DNA of 64,000 bases from Antedon mediterranea (lineage: Eukaryota; Animalia; Echinodermata): the NCBI RefSeq assembly GCF_964355755.1, contig NC_092679.1, positions 1,022,201-1,086,200 of the forward strand, written 5' to 3'. Below, in pieces: positions 51,201-63,200 of the stretch (position 1 is its first letter; every line of letters starts with the position of its first letter). Under the pieces are notes generated by a model. That model had not been told where the DNA came from. It made no database searches and worked only from the letters and a program-made list of their open reading frames with translations. Both the position numbers and the translations under genes were made by a program.

Positions 51201-54200
51201 TCAGAGACTGAAATCCTGATCATGGCGAGGTCTGGCATTATCACCTGGAAGAGAAAAGAGGAGTGGATAAATTGACCATTCACCACCAAAATATTGTATG
51301 ATTAACTGTCTGTCACACACAGTAGAAGATAATTTAAAAGGGGAAAAATAAATTGACCATTCACCACCAAAATATTGTATGATTAACTGTCTATCACACA
51401 CAGTAGAAGATAAGTATTAGGGGAAAAATAAATTGACCATTCACCACCAAAATATTGTATGATTAACTGTCTATCACACACAGTAGAAGATAAGTAAAAG
51501 GGGAAAAATAAATTGACCATTCACCACCAAAATATTGTATTATTAACTGTCTATATAACACAGTAGAAGATAAGTATTAGGGGAAAAATAAATTGACCAT
51601 TAAACACAAAAATATTGTATGATTAACTGTCTATATCACACACAGTAGAAGATAAGTAAAAGGGGAAAATAAATTGACCATTCACCACCAAAATATTATA
51701 TGATTAACTGTCTCGTCATACACAGTAGAAGATAAGTATTAGGGGAAAAATAAATTGACCATTCACCACCAAAATATTGTATGATTAACTGTCTATATAA
51801 CACAGTAGAAGATAAGTATTAGGGGAAAAATAAATTGACCATTAAACACAAAAATATTGTATGATTAACTGTCTATATCACACACAGTAGAAGATAAGTA
51901 TTAGGGGGAAAATAAATTGACCATTCACCACCAAAATATTGTATGATTAACTGTCTGTCACACACAGTAGAAGATAAGTAAAAGGGGGAAAATAAGTTTA
52001 CTGTTCATCTCCAAATATTGTCATGTCATGTAAATACATACCTTTTCCACACTGAAAGTTGCTTCATCATATGTAGGACTGATGCCATTGCTCGATGTAG
52101 ATTTAACCTTATATTCACGCCGATGTGTGTCAAAGGGCAAACCAAACATGTCCACTTCTACGTAAGAGTTCACTCGCTTCTCACTTATGAACTGTCCAGA
52201 AATTATCTTTAAAAAAAAAGAATTATTATTTAGTTGCTACAAAAAGGGGAACATGCAACTAATACAATTCTTCAATTCTGTTTTTTTTTAAACATAAAAG
52301 TACACAATATAGGGCTCATCTACCACTTTGAAAATCAGTGCACTATTCACTCACATATCTCACATATGGCATAGATTGTACAGTATCATAAGCAAATTCT
52401 GTAATACTGTGTCACATATGCATCACATGTGGTACCCTTATTTTGGCAAACAGTATGATAGGTGTCACATGTGATTCTGTATTACAGAATTGTCCTATGA
52501 TACAGAACAAATTATACATACAGTGCCAAGAACAGTAGCAGTGGCTATAGTTTAGCTAACCTTAATTTGTACTGTAGATGGTACAACGCCATCCATTGGC
52601 TTCTCTATAAATGGATCAAAAGGCTTGTTGTGCCGTCTCATGGACGCTGGCTTCAAAATGTAACCTGTTCTGCCATTGTAATCAAAGATGCCCATATTTA
52701 GCTGCATAGGAAGATCTACAAAGAACAGAAAATAATAAAAAGTCTAGAAATGAATAAACTTAATAATATGTCAATAAAAACAGAAAGTTACTGTTACTGT
52801 TCTTGTAGCCGTCTTCTTCTCAAGACACATGGCCGTCATACTTAGTATCATTGACTTCACTGCTGGTGTACTCAAGATCTACGTTTATACCATGTTATAC
52901 AGTTTTATTTTAATTGTGGGAGGTATATTTTATCTTTGATTTAAGGGAAAATGTTTGAGTGATATTACTAAGATAAGATTTGTATTGTTATGGAGACAGT
53001 GTTGGCCAACATGAAATTTACAATTGTGACATACCTAACGTTTGAAAGTTCAAAGCTACAAGCTGGCATCCAACATTCCAGAATATCTAGCAGAAATAAA
53101 TGGTATTAAGTAAATAAGGTATGCAAGAGCATGCACTGTGAAGAGAGGTAGTGGTGTAGGCCTACTACTACTAGGTAGTGGTGTAGACCTACTACTACTA
53201 GGTAGTGGTGTAGGCCTACTACTACTCGGTAGTGGTGTTGGCCTACTACTAGGTAGTGGTGTAGGCCTATTGTAGGCCTACACCTGCAAACTTTATTCTG
53301 AGGAAATGCATGATCTATGTTGTATATAGCACAGGTGTACTAATGACTATGGAACATAATTGTGTAGAAATTTGCATGCAAGATGATCCATCTGGTCATA
53401 TGCAGATTTAAAAGATGTTGGTCTTCTTAAGCCCTGTCTACACTATCTAACTTTATGTGGACATGATCACATTGCTACAATATTTGGGCACTTGTTTTTT
53501 TGTCAAACTAGTTTGATAGTGTAGACAGAGATGGTTACAACTTGACAAAAGGCTTATTCCTAAGTATGATGTATATTTACTACATGCATTTAGTGTTAAC
53601 ATGCATTGTTAATGCAACAACACAATCAATAGTTTGTCGAGCTAAGGAATGGAGAGATTAACGTGTTTATTATTACCTGTGGCATGTAGTTACTAGAATC
53701 AACTCTTGTTCCTTTTGGATAAATACGACTCAACTGCTTCTTGTTGTAACTATTACTTAGTTAAGGTTTCAATATTGTAATATTAATAGTTCATTGTTAT
53801 AGCCCATATAAGCAAGCTCTCAATGCGCTGCACATTATTACCCCGGTCACATTTTGGATCATACACGTATGGAAATAAATTCTCATAATACAGCTAGTAA
53901 TCAGCGCAAAGTTGTGTCCTGACCTAACCAGGTATCCATTTTATACACCTAGGTGAGAGAGGCCTAAGGACACGAACCATGATCAGTAATCCAACGTCTA
54001 ACAAACTACACCACACACCCTCATAATTATCATGATTATTGTTGATTGTATCATTATAGAGATTATATATCTATCTATGATGTCATTTTGATAATAATAT
54101 TGACATCATTTTTCTTGATTAAAAGGATACTTGACAAATTCTTCTGGTTTAGCTTTGACGTGGCCCAAGGCTCCACTCTCAACCGCCGAGAAAATTTCAT

Positions 54201-57200
54201 AAAGATGATTCTTCTCTGTAAACAAAAATACACACATACATTAAGGAAAACAAATAATGATTGGAATAAATAATAACTTTTAACCAATTAATTTATCTAT
54301 TTTGTAATGGCGTCTATATTCCTTTTTGCATACTTTTAATTTCACTGTGCTTATAGTTGGTTCAATGAAAATTTTAAAATAAAACATGGTTGCTACTATT
54401 TTTACCTTCTTATTTCAAGTGTTTTGTATTTGTTGTCATGTTTTGACCTGTAACTTGGTCCTCCAAGCTGTGACCTGTGACCTTAAGGATGTTTGTTACA
54501 TTCTTATGTTTTTATTTGAAATAAAGGATGATTTTACAATCTCAAAAAACTTACTCTCAAATGCTTCAAATGAATGGAAGTGAACAGGCTGAATGTAGTT
54601 GACGAGGGCTGACATCTCCTCTCCTGCTTCAGACTCTTTTCCAGCCGTACCCTGTTCCTGTTTCTTGGTTTCATCATCTTCATCTTCACTTTCGCTGTCT
54701 ACAATCTCTTCTGGATTTTCTGCTGGTACTTTGTCATCTATAATAAAAGAAAAGGGTAGACATGAATCTGAAGCTCTTTCTAGTATATAATCATAATGAT
54801 AATTAAGATGATGATAATATTGAATTTGATATTGTTCAACACTCTACACACCTTCATCAGGGATGGTTACCAGACTTGAATTAGTTGAATCGTACGATTC
54901 CTGCTCATTTATTTTACCAAGACCATTCTGCCGTTGAATTCGTTTTGCAGTTCCTATAACAAAATAAATTTGTGTGAAAATAAAGTAATTAAATCTTTCA
55001 AGGTTGTAAAAAATCCTTTTTAATATTAAGCCCATCAGATTTTTTACAACTGCTGACCTCTTAAAAGTACTATAACATTATTATTAAGTTTGAAATTTGA
55101 TAAACTATTTGGTTACAGACAAAATTCTTCGTTCTTGGTGTATACCATCTAAAATGGAGTACAATGATTTTATATCAGGTTACATTATAAAGAGTTGTAA
55201 ATGTAATTTATTTCATGTCTCAACAATGAAAAGTCATTCATCCTCCAACTCATTGACTTTTGAAGGAAATAATCAATAAGTTATTTAAACTATCATATAA
55301 CAAAAAAAAAAACCCTTTACATTTCAAAACGAATAAAAACATAGCAATAAGACGTATAGTAGCTTCTTACATAAAAGTTATTAAATCAGAATGAACAATA
55401 GAGGGAGCTTTTGATTTGCGGTGGTGTACGCATGGTGGTTGTCGCCTGAACCTAGAATCCCCCAAAACTGTGTCGAGGAAAGGAGTGAAGAATCACATCC
55501 CAATGTCCCTGCACATTGAATTAACATTATTTAACCTATGACCTAGGTCGTTACAAATCAAAAGCTCTCTAATGTCTGATGAGTACGCTTAGAATTGATA
55601 GGAATAATTACTTTGAGTACATAATTATGGCACTTTGCTAGCATTTTATTTCAAGGCTATAGTTAAAAAATACAAGATGAGAATTAGAATGTGAAGAATG
55701 CGTTTTATAACTAAATGCAATTATGTCATGATTGTGGATCAAAGAATTTAATTTAGACTATCACATAATTGTTATACATTAATTATAGTATTAAGATAGA
55801 TAATATATAGATATTGGTAGGTAATTTATAATAGTAATTATAATAATGCACATTATATGTGTTTTTTATATGAAGCATTTATATATATATAATTTATGAA
55901 CAGACCATGCCTATTGAAACAATGATGTATATACTAGTGTTTTGGAGTGAGTAGAGAGGTTACAAGGCTAGGGGGGGGGGGGGGGTGTATGGTTGGTTAG
56001 AAAAAAAAAAGCGTTTGGCTGATTGGAGATCTAATCCGATTGACTGAACCTCCTAACATATACAAATTAAAGTTATTTATTTTAACCTTACTTTTACCAA
56101 TGTAAACACCAATGGCATGATGGGAATTGGAGGCATACATAGATACAAACCAGGAACATTTTGTGATTTAATATTAAAAACAATGAAACACAAATTGAGA
56201 TTGTTATGGCGAAACAATCTACCATAGACTTATATTTAATAATAGATACAAAAGATGAAATAAAAATAATATGATATGATACCTCCACCACCTGTGAAAT
56301 GTATGAAAGAAATTTCAAATGTAAGTAATTGGTACTTGAACATTGATTTAAACTTTGTTGCTCATTTCTCTCTTTTGTTGTAACTTAGTTACTAAATTTA
56401 TTGTACCTCAGTCATAACTCCGTTAACTATAACTTAGTTGATATAACTTAGTTATAAGTTGTTATAACTTAGTTATAAGTTGTTATAACTTAGTTATAAG
56501 TTGTTATAACTTAGTTATAAGTTGTTATAACTTACTTATAAGTTGTTACAACTTAGTTATACCTTAGTTATAAGATTAGTTATAATTTAATTATAACTTA
56601 TTTATAAGTTGTTATAACTTAGTTACAATTTAGTAACCTTAGTTAGAATTTAGTTATAACTTTGTTACCTTAGTTATGTTCTGTCAAAATGTGTAACAGA
56701 GCCAAGTGAATGTTTGCATTAAACTTGCAAACCAAAGTTTAAATCTATTTTCAAGATGAATGAAATTCCAACATGAAATTTCTGAAATACAGATTGATAA
56801 ATTAGTAAACATAATAGATATTAAAGAATGTGTTATTGATAAATAGAAAGTGGTAGTATTAGTAGCAAATTACCCATTTCTTATTTAACAAAATTATATT
56901 TTGCACACAAGCATTTTTGTTTTATAATTACAAAAGAATTTTGAAAAATAAAATCTACTGGTAGCCTAATTATCATTATTTTTAATATTAGTTGTGATCC
57001 AAAATTATCAACTATTTTTTAAAAAGAAAAAAAGAAGCAAAACTTTCAAACATTTTGTTAAGAGAAAAGCTAGAAATTTCAATATTAATCTTAGAGAGAA
57101 GAGAAGTTGATCACAAACCCAACATTTAATAACTAAGCCATTGCTTGTATACTAAGCCACTACGTGGTGTGGTGCTGGTTGAGCATGGTACCAAGTTCAT

Positions 57201-60200
57201 GCAATAGGGCAGGTTCATCATTCATTTCAACTACTTTATCAATAAATATACACATTTAAGGCAACTTAGAAATAAGAGTTAAACAAAGCCCTGATTATTA
57301 ACAAAAAAGATTAATTTAGAAGTGCGAGATTTAAAAAAAATGGTGGAAGTGGAATATAAAACAAAGTTGTTGCCAGTCATGAATATTCATGCACCTGACT
57401 AAATCTATTTATTTGATTGGTTGAATGTTTATTTGATAAACAAACCAATGACAGTTGCTGTTAGTGTGTAGTTTATAAGTTTACCAAGTGCTGTGGTAAG
57501 TCCACTACTATTGGTCAATACTGCAATGCTGTTGCTAAGCGACATTTGTGTGCATATGAACTGTAAGGTTTACCTTTGGGGAGCAGATCTGGATCCACTG
57601 AGCCGACGAGATGACAAGGCAGAGAACCTCGTCGTACTATATAATAATTTTAAACTTATAGTTATATAAACTTGTATACATTATTATAAAAAATATAAAA
57701 CAGTAGTTAGGAAATTAAAAAACAGAATATTATCATAAAATACACCCTAGAAATATTTCTTGTATCGAGGTAAAGAATATGAGTAAACGTAAACAGTTAA
57801 GATATATATATACCAAATACCCAACAGCTTATCAGAGCATGGCAAGAAAAAAGATATGAAACTACAAAGCTATAAGCCCTGGCTTGACATTAGGGATGAA
57901 TGTATATACACCAACACCTGAATGTAATGGACACATTTAATCATGAAACGTCATTAAAAAATGGTTTGATGAGTTTATTATCTTAAGCGCTCTCTACACT
58001 AAGTGATGTGCCCAAATATGGTAGTGATATGCCCAAATATGGTAGTGATATGTCCAAATATGGTAGTGATATAACATCATCCTGTCCATATATGGGCACA
58101 TCACATTTTTTGTCACATAAAGTTTGATAGTGTAAACAAGACTATAATGTTCATCATGTATGTAATGTAGTACTACTTGACATTATAGAATTTCTAATTT
58201 TTTTGATAAATAAATTGCAATAAAAACTATTACCATCCATTTTTAAACTATTACCATCCATTTTTAAACTATTACCATCCAGTTTTTAAACTATTACCAT
58301 CCATTTTTAAACTATTACCATCCATTTTTAAACTATTACCATCCATTTTTAAACTATTACCATCCATTTTTAAACTATTACCATCCATTTTTAAACTAGT
58401 ATTACCATCCATTTTTAAACTATTACCATCCATTTTTAAACTATTACCATCCATTTTTTATTCTGAAATTCTAATGTAATTTATCTTAGTAGTTGGTCTT
58501 TGTAATGAGCGAATGTGTTTATACTTTATTTGAGTTTTTATTTGGTTTTTGAGTTTGATGGTATTGTAGATTGGTATATTTGATCTATGGTCAATCAATT
58601 AATCATTATCATTAAATTTACAGATAGATGATGTTTGACATCTTGATTGTGTGGAATACTGTACTATTGACTAAAAAACAAGCATTGATTGATTGATTGA
58701 TGATTGATTGATTGATGATTGATTGATAGCAAGCATGGTATATCTACACTAAGCAACTAACTACCTTCAGCATTGGAAGCCTCTTCTTGAATCACGTTTG
58801 AGAACATACTGTTAGCCATATTACCAAGACGAGGAGTCTTTTTTCCTAAACAATGAATTGCAGGTTAAAACATACATGGTTTATTATATACCCAAAGATC
58901 TATTCATTCACAAGGTTCTACAAGAGCTATACACACTATATCTAAACAAAAATAAAGAATTGTTACTTTAAAAACATCACACATTTTATAAACTAATAAA
59001 TGTCATGACCCATGCCAGACAGTAGTCTCTAAAAACATGCATTTTGGTCGTCAAGTTATTATCAAAGTTGAAATATTAGCTCAGTATTTTAAATTATTAT
59101 TATTACAACTACTAATTTTTTAATCAGAGAAAAGAAATATTTCTAAAATAATATTCTAATTAAGAAAAGTTAATGCTAACATAATCAATAGGTTTAGTTG
59201 TAAAACAAGGTTGGTAATATATTAACAATAATCTTATTCCGTTAGTAAAGGTTAGTAACATTTGTTAGGCAAATTTTACCTTGATGATCTAAGGACATTG
59301 TTTTTTGAATAATAGGAACACTTTTTCTGTGCTTATCTGTTGAAAGGAAAAAACATAAAATTAACATAAATATCTTAAAATATTAATATTTGTAAATATC
59401 AACTAATGCATACATGTACATCTTTATAAATAAGAACACATTTAATAGATGCCCATACAGGACCATTTAATAGATGCCCATACAGGACCATTTAATAGAT
59501 GCCCATACAGGACCATTTAATAGATGCCCATACAGGACCATTTAATAGATGCCCATACAGGACCATTTAATAGATGCCCATACAGGACCATTTAATAGAT
59601 GCCCATACAGGACCATTTAATAGATGCCCATACAGGACCATTTAATAGATGCCCATACAGGACCATTTAATAGATGCCCATACAGGGCCGTAGCCACCAG
59701 TGCAGTTGGTAAGGTTTCAACCTGACCACTTTTTCACAGAGGCCTTTAAACAGAGATTGTTCACATTTCTTGCAACCACCTCACCACTTTATTTCTTGTG
59801 GCTACAGCACTGCCATACTTTCTTAAAATGTGTTTGAAGCAAGCATAGGTTGTTGTACTCTTGTTAGAACTTAATTAATGATAGACACAGGCACTATAGA
59901 CAGTGTGGGTACAAATATACCATGTGACAATGATACAATTACTTGAAAATGAATGTTTGTTGCTAAAAAAATATAAGTACAAGCTTGTGATAGCCTTTGC
60001 CATGACCTAGATCAAACTTTTAAATATTTTAATATTCTTTGAAAGTGTTTTGTAATTTAAACACATTTATTAGGATGGTATAATTGCAAATGTGAAGATT
60101 GTACATCCATCATGGTTTCTAAGTCCATGGTGACTACTGTATCTGAAAATGAAATCTAAACTAATTTGTGAGCACATCAATAGATAATATTCTGAAAGTG

Positions 60201-63200
60201 AAATAAAAAGGTAATGAGTTTAATGAATGCAATGAATCGTTGCAAAAAATGGAATATCTGGATGTTGTAGCGATGAACTGAAATGTAACAAGATTCACGT
60301 AAATCTTATAAATCTCTTTAAAGTTGAATTGAACGATGTAACATGAATGATTCGTTAAACATATGAGGGCGACGTTTGATGCATGCCCATGCTTGCCTTT
60401 ACTGCTCTCCTTCATGTCAGGTGAGCTGGTTGGCTGATCCATTGACTTGGGTCGAGAGAGTCGATGGTCAGGCATCTCACTAGATATCTTGCGCGATAAT
60501 TTCATCGACGAAGTACGGCTTCTTCTGGACCCTACAATATTATTGTGCAATTTTTATGTATAATAACTACAACAAGAGTATGTGAAACAATCATTCTATT
60601 TGTTCTCTCACTACTTTGTCGGGGTTAAGTACGTCAACAAGTGCGCGCTCCTCTTCTTATTCTGCGTCATTGTCTCCATCTTCTGCATATATATCTTCTT
60701 TTCCCTTTTTATTTTAGGCAATTTATTCAATAATGTACATGGGCCATTGGCCCTAGTGCACAAAAAATTAATAAACTATTACTTAAGATAATTATTTCTT
60801 CTTTCAAAAGCAAATATACAATTTTTCACAATACTCAATGCAGCTACATAGATTTTGAAAGTACTGTTTACTTCTTGTAGTTTACTGATCATAAACTATT
60901 CAACCCCTACAATATTAAGCCTTCATGTTTATACCATAGACATACTATAACTAGATGGACAACTAGGAAACAACAAAGTTATGCCAACAGGGCTGTTGCT
61001 ATCTATATCTTATAGTATGTCTATGGTACATCCTTATTAGGTAAAGACAGCCTACCTGAAGATTTTCTGCTATCGGACTGTACTGGTACTTTTTTCTTTT
61101 TATTTTTAACCAATATTTTATATTTCAAACGCTCTGGACTTGGTACGCTTTTTCCCGGTTCAATCTGCAAAAATGAAAACAAAGAAAATAATCAAACAAT
61201 TGTAAAAACATTCACTTTTAGTGGAATGCAAAAATATCCCCTTTTAGTGGAATGCAAAAACATTCACTTTACACGATACTTGATACAAATAATCAACGTA
61301 TCCATACATTTTGAGGAGAAAAACAAAACGTTACTAACCGGAAAATCATCCAAGGGTTCTGTGAGCAGGTTTTCTCCAAAGATTTCTTTACAATATTGCG
61401 CCATCTTAGCTTGTTGTTTCTGGGAGCAATGGTTCTCAAAACTCAGGATGACTGGATAAGCAGACGTCTTGAAGGCTGCATCGTTTATTGCCTCTATCAC
61501 ATCCTACAGGTCAAAGCAGGTCATTACAACATACACAATCATGTCAAAATTAAGCATGTTATAGTTCTACAATGTACCAAAATAAACCATACCTAAACAC
61601 AACTTTACCAGCAACAACCATTACCAACATAAACCATACCTAAACACAACTTTACCAGCAACAACCATTACAACATAAACCATACCTAAACACAACTCTA
61701 CCAGCAACAACCATTACCAACAAAAACCATATCTAAACACAACTTTACCAGCAACAACCATTACCAACATAAACCATACCTAAACACAACTTTACCAGCA
61801 ACAACCATTACCAACATAAACCATACCTAAACACAACTTTACCAGCAACAACCATTACCAACATAAACCATAGCTAAACACAACTTTACCAGCAACAACC
61901 ATTACCAACATAAACCATACCTAAACACAACTTTACCAGCAACAACCATTACCAACATAAACCATACCTAAACACAACTTTACCAGCAACAACCATTACC
62001 AACATAAACCATACCTAAACACAACTTTACCAGCAACAACTATTACCAAACCAAACCATACCTAAACACAACATTATCAGCAACAACCATTACCAACATT
62101 AACCATACCTCAACACAACTTTACCAGCAACAACTATTACCAAACCAAACCATACCTCAACACAACTTTACCAGCAAAAACGAACATGAACAACCGACAC
62201 TACTATTGCAACCCTAGCACAACCACTAGTTTGTCCCCAATTTTGACCTGACCTTAAAGTTGACCAATGTGCACATTGTATAGCCATGAGTTATAACAGG
62301 TTCCTCATCCCCTCCATTTCCGTCCCAGCAATCAAGCTCAATACAACGACAACCAGAAAGCAAAACCTGACGGTACATCTCCACAGACGACTTGCCGGTA
62401 AGCTGATGACCTTTTAAGGAAGAATTTAAAATAAATAAAATTTAAAAACAACGGGGCATCTGAAGATTCTGAACATTACAAGTTTGAAATAAAAAAAATG
62501 ACACAATTTGGAGAGAAACCATTTTTCGACTTATATGATAAAAATGGAGTGTGCCCTATGTAGTGCTACACCCTCTCTGCACAATCCCTAAAGCTCTGTC
62601 TACACTATCAAACTTTATGTGACAAAAAATGTGATGTGCCCATATATGGACATGATGATGTCATATCATTACCATATTTGGTCATATCACTACCATATAT
62701 GGGCATATTACTACCATATATAGTGTGATAGTATAGTATAATACAAACCTGTTAAATACGTGTTATGGCTACTATTGATGAAGTAACTAGGTAACGGCTG
62801 GTCCATGTCATGACAATGTGTCAGCGTTTCTGGGTCAACTACAAGGTTTTCTGAACTTAGAAGATATCGAGAAAGACCGTCAACAGACAGATGACCTGAA
62901 ATAACAATTGTACATTATGCTAATTCAAAATTTGTTGAACCAAATTGACCTTATATACATAAGCCTCTTATATTGCACCGGTTTCCATAAAAAATAGATA
63001 AATATCGCATAAAAATAGCGCATTGACACAACAATTATGGAAGAGTAGCCTATACCTATTAGAAATAGTTATGCATGTGAAATTAGAATATAGGATTATT
63101 TAAATTTTAGCTGAAAAGAGACTTTTTTCACTTCCTGGAAAAACCTCACAACTGATTGCTGTACCTGGAGAAATTTCCTGCACAATGGGAAAACATATTT

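Noticed and set aside
60596-60710. Acidic frame [24 protein letters not shown] as an extra linker exon
   Set aside because: In-frame stop and no phase-compatible acceptor; more likely repeat-derived.
62411-62425. TTCCTTAA near an acceptor suggesting a third U12 intron
   Set aside because: That intron's donor is GTTTGT (U2-type) and the motif is too close to the AG.
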